From Macrostomum lignano (taxonomy: Eukaryota): a stretch of DNA of 56,359 nt. Of this stretch, positions 23,470 through 44,185 are shown one piece after another; position 1 is the stretch's first letter; each line of letters opens with the position of its first letter. A model generated the notes under the pieces. That model ran no database searches. It saw nothing but the letters and a program-made list of their open reading frames with translations, and was not told where the DNA came from. The stretch covers positions 1 through 56,359 of the forward strand of contig NIVC01004181.1 in NCBI GenBank assembly GCA_002269645.1. Reading direction: 5' to 3'. The translations under genes were made by a program, and so were the position numbers.

Positions 23470-23645
23470 TCTCTCGGTGGTTTACAGCATTGAGGGTTCT
23501 GTAGTGTGTTATCAGGGCTATCTGTTAGTGGTTTACAGCCTTGAGCATTCTGTAGTATGTAATCAGTGCTTTCTGTCAGTGGTTTACAGCTTTGAGCATT
23601 CGGTAGTATGTAATCAGTGCTTTCTGTCAGAAGTTTACAGCTGTC
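23470..23645. repeat. 51-bp tandem repeat (~3.5 copies)
   Basis: GTGGTTTACAG recurs at 23477, 23528 and 23579, with a variant at 23630. Confidence 0.8.
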
Positions 23646-24219
23646 CTTTCCAAGATGTAGCTTCATTCAGAAATAAAGTTCTATTGTGCTCAATCTTAGC
23701 TTTCCCGGTTTCTGTGCCAGTGACTAACGGCATCTTGAAGAGATTGGCAGGTGTATTAAGTGGTTCATGCAGTTTAACTAAAGGAGTGCGCTTGGCCTGA
23801 AACCTCTGCAGCAATTTCGAAGAAAATCGTCTTTTCCCCCAGTCAGTCAGTCCTTCGGTGTTTCTCCAACCAACCGCAGTTCTGCAGCCTCTTAATCCTT
23901 TCCCCAACACACGTGCCGTCTCTCCCTCTCCCTTCCGCCCGTCTCTCTGTCCTCAATACCAAAGCTTCCAATGAGCCGCATGAAGGCGCATTTTCCTTCT
24001 CCATACATGCCTAATCTCCCTATCTCTCTAAGGCACTCATCCCAGTGTACCTATATTATCTTTTCTTTTGCGCACAGAGGATAGACTTGTGCCGAAAAGG
24101 TCATCCGATTTTATCTTGGCCCATTTATCCCCCTCGTGCCCTCTTATTGAATCGGATTGAGCATTAGCCAAGCTGAGTGAGTTAGCCGCGTCCAGTCAGT
24201 CGCTGCAGAAGATTAAAAA

Positions 24220-31463
<7,244 letters not shown>

Positions 31464-34174
31464 GTTGATCTACTTAAGCTGCTATAGATAACTTGACTAT
31501 AAATTATTAATATCAAATTTCAATCGAACATTTTGTATGCACAATCAGCGTCATTTCAGTGTCTGATTTTTCTAGAATGTATTCAAGTTTACATATGAAA
31601 CACTAAATAGGTCGCTATTATAATTGTGTGTACTGTTGATTTTTTGCAAATTTATCCAAAAAACTCCAAACAGACGCTGAATTATAAGTAGCTCACATTT
31701 CTATTTAAACATAAACTTCGGGAAATGCTCATCCAGTGTTTTTAGTACCGTTTCAACTTAACTACAATTACAATACATCGCAACAGATTCCCTAAATTCC
31801 CAATCAATTTTTAATCATGTTATTCACCACACTTGGATTTCTGCTCCATCAGATTTAATTTAAATTATATTGTTTTGTGTCGATCTCTCTAGCTAGTTAG
31901 TTAACTATTTGGTTGTAAATCGTGAAACTTGTCAAGGCAAATCCTATTCGTTAATTATTAGTCTTTGCTTCTGTAGTACACTTTTCGATGTTTTAATCCC
32001 GTAGAAGACGAAAAGTTTTCGTTTATTATTTTTTTCTGTCAGTATGGATCTGCTGCTTACTATTGCGCAGCACCCGTGTAGATTGAACAGTTTTTTCAGT
32101 TGACCTTGTTAGTAACTTCTTACTCTATTGTTAATTAAATCTGATCATCTAAATCCATCTTCAGTAAACGAGTAGTTTGGTTTCCTTTTGTTTCGTGTGA
32201 TTTTGCTCAGGCGTTGGTCACTGGGACTGTTGACTCTTGCCCCAACAACTTATTTGTTTCACCCGAATATTCTGCTCAAAGGACACTACGATACTTTGAG
32301 AAGCTTGACACAATTGGCTGGTATAAGTGCTTTTGATTAAATGCATGTGTGTCAAAATCGTCTCTAAATTAACCTACTGTTATCTGGCAGAAAAGCAAAA
32401 TAGATTCGCTTTTCCCCTACTATTAGTAGGTCAGGCTTGGGAAATGTTATATTACTGGGGAGAAATGAGGGGCTTGAGAGTTTATAAAAGTATAGAGCAG
32501 TTGTGATTCTTTGAAAAACAGATGGTCTTGTCTCGCATAGAGACGCCGAACCGCAGTATCCCTGTGACACTTGTCTCTGCCTGGCTGATAGCTTGTAATA
32601 AGTTAGTAGGCTGGGTAATAGTCGATCAGGAAGGGCTGTGGGTAGCTGTATAGGAAGGCAGGCCTATACCTGTTCCAGTTGATGCTCTGACGGTCTCCCT
32701 CGGAGTGTCTTCTGGTGAACAGACCAGCGATTCTATTAAATCTGGAGTGTGCCAGGACCAGGACTGAGTCTGAGCAGGACGGGGCCGTTGGTATACGGCC
32801 ACTATAAAAATGCGGGTTGGCAAAGCAAAGGGTGAAATAGTCCCGGCGATTAGCCCTCCTGCCGCTTCAAAGATAAGAGACTGTCTGGCAAGAGTACCCG
32901 GGGTTTAGTGGGTGGGGAGGCTCCTTCGGGTTGCCACGGCCGTGGGGGCGGTCTTTTGACCGGTATTTTGGCATTCCTAACCCCGGAGAAGGCACGGGCT
33001 TCCCTGATTGGTTCACTCAACCCCCTCTAGCCCCGGGGAGGTTTTGATTTGAGTTTGGAGTAGGTGCGACGCCCCGACGGTAGGGGGTAGGCCCCGCCCT
33101 CAGCCCGACTGGTGTCGCCTGCTCGGCTTGATGGCCACAGTTTCTTTTAGCCTAGCTTAGAAACCTAGTGTACATTAGTACACTCCCAACTTGGATCCTA
33201 ATTCATTCCTAGTGGCGTAAGAGCCTGTTCAATGGCTGAGGCGCCTTATTACTTATTTAGTAGTAGTAGTGATTCTTTGAAAAAAAGAAACTAGGGTCAA
33301 CCTAGGATACTACATACAGGTATTCAGTAAAGTGACGTCACCTAAGAGTAAGCGAGCTGAGATAAGGCCATGGAATAATGGATAGGGAATGTGTAGACTT
33401 TTATCGGTGGTCTTTGCCAGTAAACAGTGCGCAGTGGTATAGTAATTGCCTAATTGCTTATTGCATCCAGGAACTAAAACCTTTTAAAATCGTTGCATTT
33501 TTTTATTTAAACATCTTTCGAATTAATATCTTGAAATGTTGAATTTCTGTCTTCCTTCTTTAATCTTACATAAAAAGATTAAAAACATCAGCATCAGGGG
33601 AACATTGTGACAGCAACTATTAAATTCGAATCAGTATGAAACCACCATGCAGTAGCCTAGACCGGGTAGCCAGAATCTACTATTACGAGCTAGTAGCTAA
33701 TGAAACTGTTTGGTTTGTTGGGACTCAATTAGGCGGTCATAGTTTTGGCATATTAAATTTCTGAGCTACTTAGAACACGGCACTACTAGTAATGTAATCA
33801 AATAAATAGTGTACAAAATTGTTGTAGTGAAACTCGAATGGTATGAATGACGTAATCATTTTATTAAATACAGATTAGCACACGCACACTTTGTAGGAGG
33901 CATCTGAAACAAAATTTGAATTATCACTTTGCTTAAAGCCTATTTTTGGTTCAAGGTTGTCTGAGTCCTGACCGCTTGTCACGTTTATTGGACCATGCAG
34001 AACCGATTTAACTTAAATATAAGCTCCTTACAACCCTGATATATCATTAAATAAACTTTTTTATTTCAAGAAAGTTAAAGAAAGTTATTTTAACTCAACT
34101 TTACATCAGTTGCTGCCTTGGTTTTTTAATTTCCTTATTTTAAGGCCTTCGATTATTTAAGTTATAGTTTTTGT

Positions 34175-35697
34175 TTATTCAAGCAGTTGTCTATTAATTC
34201 ATTCAGTTCAATCAAGCAGTTGTCTGTCCGTTCATTCAGTTCAATCAATCAAGCAATTGTCTGTGCGTTCACTCAGTTCAATCAAGCAGTTGTCTGTCCG
34301 TTCATTCAGTTCAATCAATCAAGCAATTGTCTGTCCGTTCACTCAGTTCAATCAAGCAGTTGTCTGTCCGTTCACTCAGTTCAATCAAGCAGTTGTCTGT
34401 CCGTTCACTCAGTTCAATCAATCAAGCAGTTGTCTGTCCGTTCACTCAGTTCAATCAAGAAATTGTTTGTCCGTTCATTCAGTTCAATCAAGAAATTGTC
34501 TGTCCGTTCACTCAGTTCAATCAATCAAGCAGTTGTCTGTCCGTTCACTCAGTTCAATCAAGAAATTGTTTGTCCGTTCATTCAGTTCAATCAAGAAATT
34601 GTCTGTCCGTTCACTCAGTTCAATCAAGCAATTGTCTGTCCGTTCACTCAGTTCAATCAAGAAATTGTCTGTCTGTTCACTCAGTTCAATCAAGAAATTG
34701 TCTGTCCGTTCACTCAGTTCAATCAATCAAGCAGTTGTCTGTCCGTTCACTCAGTTCAATCAAGAAATTGTTTGTCCGTTCATTCAGTTCAATCAAGAAA
34801 TTGTCTGTCCGTTCACTCAGTTCAATCAATCAAGCAGTTGTCTGTCCGTTCACTCAGTTCAATCAAGAAATTGTTTGTCCGTTCATTCAGTTCAATCAAG
34901 AAATTGTCTGTCCGTTCACTCAGTTCAATCAAGCAATTGTCTGTCCGTTCACTCAGTTCAATCAAGAAATTGTCTGTCTGTTCACTCAGTTCAATCAAGA
35001 AATTGTCTGTCCGTTCACTCAGTTCAATCAATCAAGCAATTGTCTGTCTGTTCACTCAGTTCAATCAAGAAATTGTCTGTCCGTTCACTCAGTTCAATCA
35101 AGCAATTGTCTGTCCGTTCACTCAGTTCAATCAAGAAATTGTCTGTCCGTTCACTCAGTTCAATCAAGCAATTGTCTGTCCGTTCACTCAGTTCAATCAA
35201 GCAATTGTCTGTCCGTTCACTCAGTTCAATCAAGAAATTGTCTGTCCGTTCACTCAGTTCAATCAAGAAGTTGTCTGTCCGTTCACTCAGTTCAATCAAT
35301 CAAGCAATTGTCTGTCCGTTCACTCAGTTCAATCAATCAAGCAATTGTCTGTCTGTTCACTCAGTTCAATCAATCAAGCAGTTGTCTGTCCGTTCACTCA
35401 GTTCAATCAATCAAGCAGTTGTCTGTCCGTTCACTCAGTTCAATCAATCAAGCAGTTGTCTGTCCGTTCACTCAGTTCAATCAATCAAGCAGTTGTCTGT
35501 CCGTTCACTCAGTTCAATCAATCAAGCAGTTGTCTGTCCGTTCACTCAGTTCAATCAATCAAGCAGTTGTCTGTCCGTTCACTCAGTTCAATCAATCAAG
35601 CAGTTGTCTGTCCGTTCACTCAGTTCAATCAATCAAGCAGTTGTCTGTCCGTTCACTCAGTTCAATCAATCAAGCAGTTGTCTGTCCGTTCATTCAG
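34175..35697. repeat. 33/37-bp minisatellite CAAGCAGTTGTCTGTCCGTTCACTCAGTTCAAT(CAAT) (~43 copies)
   Basis: Tandem units with higher-order block duplication; explains all long ORFs at 34187-35820. Confidence 0.95.
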
Positions 35698-38161
35698 TCC
35701 GTTGAATCGTGCAGAACGATTCACAATGGAAATGCTCGTAGAAAATCAGAGAAATTAAGAGAAACGCTGGCTAATCGGATAATCCTATATAATTATCTGC
35801 TTAGCTTATGTTCAGTGTAGCACGTATGATATATTGTTTGGAGAACATAAGCTCTAATTGCGGCACATGATAAACAAACTTGGCTAAATCACACGATTTA
35901 GAGGGACAAGATAAGGACTACTAAAGTAACGTAATCTTCTAGTGGTCCTTGGTACATGATTTACGAGTACTGGCTTGCACAGTATTAATGGCCGAACTGC
36001 GCCTGCAAACTATTCACTGCTGCTTACTCTCTCTCTCTCTCCCTTTCTTGTCCAGGAAACGTGTAACATTAACGTAGCATATCGCATACCATCCCCACAA
36101 TTGTTAAACAGGATCCTGTAACCACAAGCCAATTGATTCATTCTTATTAAGCAAAATAATCGCATTACACGTGTATCCGTTTACGAGCATGTGAAGCGTG
36201 ATTTATTATTTTGCGATCTGTGTATAGCCGTCGTGTCTGACAGTGCTGGCTAACTCACAGTTACGAAGTACTACCGCAGCTACCAAAGGCCATTTAACCT
36301 TGTCCTTCCTGCTTACTAATATCTTAGTTTATTGTCTCTTTTACGTGCATTTCTCCTCTTTACAATGTCGCAAGCAATTATGGCACAAAATTCACAATCT
36401 CCAATTTTTATACTAAGCGCGATTTGCTTACTGTATGCAAACAGTTAGGCTTCTCTTTTTGGGAAATTCGCCTCCTTTTGAGAGTTTTTGAGAGCCGGAA
36501 ACTTATCGTGATTCTGTTAATGTTGACGTCAATACTTTAGCCCTGCCTCCCATATACACGCTGCCTATAGTAAACTTGGGATATCCAGTCAAACTGTCAA
36601 TGTTTTAATAAAAACAACCCGTTTTCTGTGCATAATCGAAGAAATAGTGGAATACAGCCATATGCTCTGTCAGGAAGAAATTTCATTTCCTAGCAGCTGA
36701 ATACAGGCTGAATTATTAGAAAACAAACTTTGCGCTAAGAGGCGAAAGTCTTGCAGTTACTTTTTGCCACGGGTGTGCTTTCTTAATTCACTCGATCCAA
36801 ATGTCATTTCTTAAGTCGCATTTAGAGTTTGCAATCCCAATGCTTCGTATACATATGTATCTCCAAACTTTACACTCCCAAATTTTTAGCTGTTATACTT
36901 AAACAAAAACTTAGCTCTTACAACAGCCCATGCAGAGAAAAAGCCAGGGACTCGGTGAAGCATTATATGAGAGGAACCCGATTGCATTAGTGGCAGAGTG
37001 GCGTGTCCCGCATACATGGATGCGGTGCAGCATCCCCCTGATCTTCGCCATGCAGTACCGCTTTAATTGGCTCTGTGGGGTCGATGCCTCGCAGCTTTTC
37101 CCATTTCCCACGTCTTCCGCATTGCTAAGCAGCCGCTGGCCCGGCGCGGATATAGAGCCAAAAGTTTGCAGCTTAGCAGCTCAGGTTTGCCTCGGGTTAT
37201 GCCGCGGCTTGGGTGTTGAGGTCACTCGAGTTTGGAGCAATTACATCTCATGTATACTGGCTCAGATTTGATTATTAGCGCAGTCAACTGAAGTTTCATA
37301 GGGAAAGTGGAGCTGATGCTTATGCATAGGCAGCAGTAGATATTTCAAATAAGTTGCCCTTTTTAACGTCAGCAGCTCCTTTATCAGAACGCATACAGTC
37401 AACATCAATTTTGAACGTCTCGTACATGTACTGCTGTACATTGTCTTGAATAAAAAATTAATAAGTCTTGTACTTGCATAGCTCAGGCCCACTAACCTTG
37501 CACTTACATTACCCCATTTATAAAAGGTTGCCATGTGTATATAGAAAGAATCTAATCTTTTTGAGCATTTTTCGATTTTGAATTTCAACCCATTTCGATT
37601 ATTTCAGAAATTTATGATTACAATAATTAAATATTGGCCTGAATTGATTAAAAAGTATAGCATCCATTATTTATAGAAAAACATCCACTAAGCATGGCAT
37701 CGGCTTGGCACTCGAGATGTCTTTTTCTCTATATATTATTTTTGTGCGAGATAAAACAGCTGCTTTGCAGGAAAGTGTTTTAATTGTCTCAAAAGAGATT
37801 GGCTCGATTGCGTGCATTTCGAAGTATTTGAAGCAAATTTTAAATTGATACTCCGCATTTCTCTGAAGAAATTGCGTGTTTACAGATTCAATTCTTTGGG
37901 AAATTTCAAAAGATATCGCTAATAAAAACTGATTTAGTGCATCAGTGGACACTGCGAATACAGTAAAACATGCAAATATATATGCCATTGGCAAATCAAA
38001 TTTGAGCGTTAAACACAAAAATATAGACTCTCGATGATGCTCGTGATGTGATAAACATGCATAGTCTTTTTCACGAGAATTGGTTCTGGAACCAGAATGT
38101 GTAGAAAAATTAAAATCATTGGATTTATTTCAAATTTTTCTCAGCCAGTAAACGTGACAGT

Positions 38162-38420
38162 GGGCCTTTTCATATTACCAATTCCAGAACCAGAATCGGT
38201 TCGGAATTCCAAGAAAAACAGCAGTATAACTATTAAACTCTGTTAATATTTGACTGCCTTAACAACCTAACTTAGCACAATTTTTCACTTTCTTCTTGGC
38301 GATTGTCATTCAATAATAAAAATTTATAGCACGTATCTCCTTCTAGTTATGGAGACAAAAAGTTATACTTCACAAATTGGTTCTGGTTCTGGAACCAGAG
38401 CAAGCAATATGAAAAGGCCC
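38162..38420. mobile_element. 259-bp MITE, PIF/Harbinger-like
   Basis: TIR GGGCCTTTTCATATT / AATATGAAAAGGCCC, subterminal TTCCAGAACCAGAA, 3-bp TSD AGT at 38159-38161 and 38421-38423. Confidence 0.7.
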
Positions 38421-41190
38421 AGTGACAAGGATAAATCTTACCGGAAAGTCTGGCACGAAAACTATACGAGGTGTGGTTTCCTGGAAAGATGTATGTAGCA
38501 CTTAGTCTTAGGTCTTAGGTAGTGGTCTTCTAAAAGAAAGAGAAAGAAAGAAAGAAAGATTTAAAAGAAAAAAGCCTGTCGTTTCGCCTATCAAAAAATT
38601 ATGGCTAACGCCTAATAGCCCATTAAATTATTACTGATCAGACTTAAGGAAGTTGATGACTAGGCCTATTACTACGCCATATGAAAAACAGTGATTTTCA
38701 TAACTCAGACTTTACTCAGTAAGTGAGTCAGTCATTTACATACATGCAACATATATATACATATTCGTATATCAAAGGAATAAGCCTACTTTTACTCATT
38801 TTCATTTATATTATCATTTAATTTTTATCTTGATTACTGGCCTTCTTGACCTCTGGCTCTGGCTATTGCCTATTGTAGGCCTATTACATAGTATAAATGT
38901 ATAATTAAGGCTTAGGCAGTTAGGCCTAGTCCTATTCAGTATCTTATCTTTTCATTGTGATAGAGAGGCGATAAATTGGTAAGTGATCTATTTTAGTTTG
39001 TTTCTAGGTTGTGTACTAGTCATGATATGATTGTTAATAATATTAGTTAATCATATTTTTAGCTATTAATTTATATCTATGAATATTTGCAAGGTAGATT
39101 TAAATTAATTAGGCCTAGGCCCTATTATTATCAACTAATCAATATAATAAGTCTATCAGAATTTAGTTAAAATAGGTGAAAAACCATATAACCATATAAA
39201 TAGCAAAATGGTTATTTTATGGTAAAAAACAAATATCATCTAAATTTAGTAATTAATATTAAGTGTAAATATTAAAGCCTAGTTTTTTAATTTTAGAAGA
39301 ATTATATGCTTTTGAAGTGGGGCAGAGAAAAGAATTTAAAATTTTAAATTGGTCTATTGTTAGCTGACACCAGAAAATGGGCAATTTTAACTTTTAAATT
39401 CCGTCTTCATTATCTTGGCACTTGCAAAGCTGGAAAATTTCACTGAATTATTTGAATTATTTTTCTTTTAGAATACTGCTGGGTCCTCAATTCCAGGGAA
39501 GGGTAGTCATAATTGTGTCAAGCAGTCTTAAGCAGGCATAGTCATTCAGATTGTAGGCTCAATGGTCTTGACACAATAATTTTATTGTTAGCTGATTTGC
39601 TTAACTGATTTCTTTCAGTAGATTAGTGCTACTACCACCATAATTTTGTAATATTATAGAATATTGAGATCTCAGAGCTCATTTGGAGTTGAGATTAATT
39701 CAATTGTTTCATATTAAGCAAATAACTTAAGATAAACCACTAAAGGCTTTGATTAATTAATGAACTTATTTGTAAAACAGGTGTTATGTTTGTTAAGTAT
39801 TAGATTTTTGCCAACAATTTTATTGCTAATGAACAAGAGTTGCCATGGTGATGCTGGGTGCAGAGTAAGAGTAACTGGTTAAGCTTCTAAAGTGTAAGCA
39901 AATTAACTCCTTAAACTAGAACAAGGAAAAGTATTAGAAACTAAACACTAGACTTAAACTAACTAAACAAACAAGTAAACAAAGGGGGAGGAGAAGGAAA
40001 AGAAAAGCAAGCAAGAGCAAGCGCATAAACAAGTTTGAGGCCCAAACTGGCCACATAAATATTAAAAACTGGGCAGTCCGCAGCAGATAGGGAAGAAAGG
40101 GCAAAGGATGGGGCAGCAGTCAGAAACAATAGAAACACATAGAAAACACATGCAGATAAAACAAAAATTATTAATGCCAGACAATGGGGCAAAGGAAAGG
40201 TCAATATATCATATCAGTTTTGAAATAGGCCTAGTTCATAGTTGCAAGTATGTACTATATGTATTATGTAATGCATATGCTATATGCCAATGTATGCTGA
40301 TGGACTTTTATTGCATACAAAAATATATCAAAACAAAATTATAAATGATGATCTTTATATACCAAGCTATATACCAAAGGGTATGCCAGGCCCCTTTATA
40401 TGCCAATTTGTATACCAATTGTGTGGTATAGGGCCTATACCAGATATCTTTATACTTGTATGCTAGAAAATTCTAATATATATATATATATATATATTAT
40501 CTCGAGTCTGGCATGTAGGAATTTTGTGCCTTATAGGCATAGTTGATTGTATGCTATATATGGGAAGTTAGATTATATCCTAACTATAAATGTCAATGCC
40601 AATGGACTTGAAAGGTCCATTGATAGATAGTGTCAATATGCAATGATTTTGTCTATTGTCTTTTTATTTGCTAGTAGGTCCTGGCTAGACAAAATAACTT
40701 TTTTGTAATATACAAATAAGATGCAAATCTTATCATATTATATATTTATCTCTCAATTCTATATTTAATTTATATATTTAATTATTTAATTTTATGTATA
40801 TTATCTCTCAATTTTATATATAATACTTTTAATATTTTCATATTATGCACATTCAAACAAACTTTATAAAAATTAAAAACAAGCTTTCAGGGGCATATGA
40901 AAGGGGAATGGGGGATTCATTTTCCTTCCCTTGAGATGGCCTATCCCCCTCCCCCCAAAGAAAATTTCTGGATCTGGGCCTAGCTATATTGTAATTTGTA
41001 ACCATATATTAGATCATTGTAGTAACCATATTGGCTATCTTTATCAAATTTATTTAAGTATTGATTATAGTACATAAAAGTAAAGGTTGTCAAATTATAG
41101 TGTATTGAGTTAGCTTGAACAACAATAAACATAGGCCTATCTATATTGAAAAAAATGAAATTTGCTCACAGGTAGAGCTGCGGCTTATTG

Positions 41191-42354
41191 ATGCAGGGTG
41201 CGGATGCTGGCGGCAGTGGCGCCTGGCTCAGCTCAGTTCTAACCAAGGCAGTGCACCGCTGCGCCCAGGAGAAACTCGACCGCAATCGGGACAGCCGCAG
41301 CCGGGGCTGGCTTCGTTATAACGAGTGGGAGCAGAAGAAGTGGAAACAGCAGCACTATGAATATTACGATGACGAGCTATTCCGCTGTTGCTACGCCATC
41401 AACAAGCTGCCCTGGTCTGTTGGCATCTCAGCGAAATCTCTAGAGGCGGTCTCCAATGTTGAAGCTGTCAATCGGGTGTTGCTAAGCAGCCAAACTGGCG
41501 TCTGCGTCGGCTGCGGCCCCGGCTCCGATGCTATCGCTCTGTTGGCCAGGCGGCACCACCACAGCGCCGGGCCAGCCCAGCCTCTCGTCATGTTCCTGGT
41601 AGACCGGTGCGGCGGCTGGCAGCCGCTAATCTCGAGTATAGATGAGCAGCTAAGAGAGCAGCGACTGCCATACAGCCTATGGTTCAAAGCTGGCTGTGTT
41701 AGAAATGCTGCCGACGCTGCCAAACTGCTGCCAGATGCTGACCTGGTGGTGCTGAGCTTTGCCCACTCAGTCAACGCCGAGCCAGACCTGTGGCCTCACC
41801 TGGCTGCCCGGTACAAGCTTGTACTGGTGATTGACATCACTTCCGAGGCACTGGCTGATGCACTTCAGCGGGTCGGCTTTACCGCCTGTCAGATTGAAAG
41901 CCAATCCGCTGTGTCTATCTTTTACTGCTTGGCCGGCAGCCAGCCAGTGTCAGCAGCTGGAGATGCCGGCAGCCAGCCAGTGTCAGCAGCTGGAGATGCC
42001 GGCAGCCAGCCAGTGTCAGCAGCTGGAGATGCCGGCAGCCAGCCAGTGTCAGAAGCTGGAGATGCCGGCAGCCAGCCAGTGTCAGCAGCTGGAGATGCCG
42101 GCAGCCAGCCAGTGTCAGCAGCTGGAGATGCCGGCAGCCAGCCAGTGTCAGCAGCTGGAGATGCCGGCAGCCAGCCAGTGTCAGCAGCTGGAGATGCCGG
42201 CAGCCAGCCAGTGTCAGCAGCTGGAGATGCCGGCAGCCAGCCAGTGTCAGCAGCTGGAGATGCTGGCAGCCAGCCAGTGTCAGCAGCCGAGGAGGCAGTC
42301 AGCGACTCCAATCTCAGCGGACTATCAAAGCTGTGCGTGTGTGCGGAAGTCTAA
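41191..42354 (+). CDS. Putative class I SAM-dependent methyltransferase with repetitive C-terminal tail (387 aa from ATG 41191)
   Basis: Motif I VCVGCGPGSDAIAL, acidic post-I VMFLVDRC, motif IV-like ADLVVLSF. GC-rich coding-like composition; acceptor CTCACAG| at 41171 (alternative TAG| at 41175); AATAAA at 42426. Confidence 0.7.
   Translation: MQGADAGGSGAWLSSVLTKAVHRCAQEKLDRNRDSRSRGWLRYNEWEQKKWKQQHYEYYDDELFRCCYAINKLPWSVGISAKSLEAVSNVEAVNRVLLSSQTGVCVGCGPGSDAIALLARRHHHSAGPAQPLVMFLVDRCGGWQPLISSIDEQLREQRLPYSLWFKAGCVRNAADAAKLLPDADLVVLSFAHSVNAEPDLWPHLAARYKLVLVIDITSEALADALQRVGFTACQIESQSAVSIFYCLAGSQPVSAAGDAGSQPVSAAGDAGSQPVSAAGDAGSQPVSEAGDAGSQPVSAAGDAGSQPVSAAGDAGSQPVSAAGDAGSQPVSAAGDAGSQPVSAAGDAGSQPVSAAGDAGSQPVSAAEEAVSDSNLSGLSKLCVCAEV
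41935..42288 (+). repeat. Coding 33-bp minisatellite (GSQPVSAAGDA x10 plus a partial copy)
   Basis: In frame within the methyltransferase ORF; units are nearly identical at the DNA level. Confidence 0.9.
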
Positions 42355-42425
42355 ATAACTAAGAGTTTTTGCAAGTGCTGTCTATGCATGAGATTTACAA
42401 TTAAATGTTTTATTTTCTATGGAAA

Positions 42426-42431
42426 AATAAA
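42426..42431 (+). terminator. Candidate polyadenylation signal AATAAA of the methyltransferase gene
   Basis: 72 nt after the stop codon in an AT-rich 3' region. Confidence 0.45.
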
Positions 42432-44185
42432 GAAAATTGATGCATTCATTCCATTAAGCTTTTATTCACCATCTTATTAATTCCGTTATGTGACTAGATG
42501 TATGTATTTTACCTATGAGGAGTTTTCTTTTTTATAAAATTGCCAATTGCTCATTTTATTTAGGACAGTTTCTTGTGCCAGCTACTGACTGCTAGGGCGC
42601 CACGAATTACTTAAACTAATTGTTATTTATCTGCTTTCTGTCAATATCTAGATATTGCGAGTAACGAAAATATATCGTGAGTGGCGTTTGCTGTTGATTT
42701 AACAATGATCTTCTCTAATCTCCTGTAATAAATGAATTGCATTTTAGTTTTTTTCTTTTACATTATTTTTAACTGATTAAGATGTAGAAAGACTTCTAGG
42801 AAGTTTTAAAGAAGTTTTTTTCATAATTTACGTGACACAAATTTAGTATTTCAAAATGGATCAACGGAATTTGCTTGCTATGTACTTTTTGCGAGTCTTC
42901 CTGAGGTAGCTACTTTGTTCTGTTTTTCATAGGATGAAGCAACCTCATCCTACGAGTGTACATTCCTTCCAACGGTCCTTGTTCTCAGTGCACAAGTCAT
43001 GCGACCTCTACTATCAATCAGCTGGTTGGCAACACCGGGGCAATCGATGATTACCTGACCTGCGCAAATCTTGCAGGCTAAAAAAAGAAGTTAGTTCACA
43101 TTTTGTGTAGAAAGAAAAGCCTATGTCAATTCGCTTGCAAGCCATTGCTATAAAAATTGCATATCGAGGTGACGAGATCCGTGTTTACTCTTGGCAAACT
43201 TGCACCGAGGCCGTGCAATAGAGGCCGGTGATTATTAATATTGTTTTTAGTCCACCCCTGACGCAATTGTCATTCGAGCAAATTGCTAATCAAACGATTT
43301 CTCTATGAAGCTTGCTGTTTCCCTAACGGGGCTTGTATGGTCTCTGCATACACTAATCTGCTAGCCGAAGCGTGCTTAGATAAACTGACTCTGGCCAGCG
43401 CGCGTTCACCTGCTTGATCCCGAGCTAAAAATCTATTTGAGGCTCTGCAGCTAATATCCTAGAAGTTTTCACTGTGGCACAACAAACGCAATTTGCCTAA
43501 AAAAACCCCATACAAAGCGCCATCAATGCAGCAGGCCTGAGCATGTGCGGTCTATTTGCTCACTAACATGCATACAAGACCTGTGTGTGTTAGCTTTGCG
43601 TGTATGCTCTACAACTCCCGTATGCTATATAGAGAGTAAAGGCTTATACAGTGGACACCCTGCGGTGCTTGTGGTTACAGCTTCTTATTAATTTTCTGAC
43701 GTCGACATCCCAAGCGGAGGAGCTGCAGGCCAGCTACCAGAAGATGGAGGGCCTCGCCCGTCAAGATCGATATATTCATGCGTTTAAAAGCTTACACGCC
43801 AAATCTGAAGCACTCTCTCCACTTCTCTGTTCCTCTGTTTCTCAGCTCTCTTAAGTCTGGAACCAAGAAAAAATTAAGAAAGCATGCAAAGCCGGGCGCT
43901 TGAAATTCGATTATCTAATATTACTACTATATGGACTAGGCTATAAACAACAGGGTCCATAATGCATTTTAAATTCGACCGCCTGTTTGTCGAAACATGT
44001 AGCTATATAAGAGCCGTAGCTAACTGCAGGCGTTGAATATTTCATTTAAACGCTCCGCCCTTGTCTGTAGCTTAGCTTAGCTTAGCGGAGTCGACGGGAC
44101 TATTTTTTGGACACGTTTATATACATGTAGCTATAGATAATTTCAACCGCGCAGGATGTGCCACATGTGAGCTGCCGTCATTCTA

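Noticed and set aside
32330-33160. GC-richer segment with short ORFs after the AHCYL 3' end
   Set aside because: No recognisable domain, termini or TSD.
34187-35820. Three overlapping ~500-aa ORFs
   Set aside because: The 33/37-bp unit lacks stops in all + frames, and the same peptides recur in every frame.
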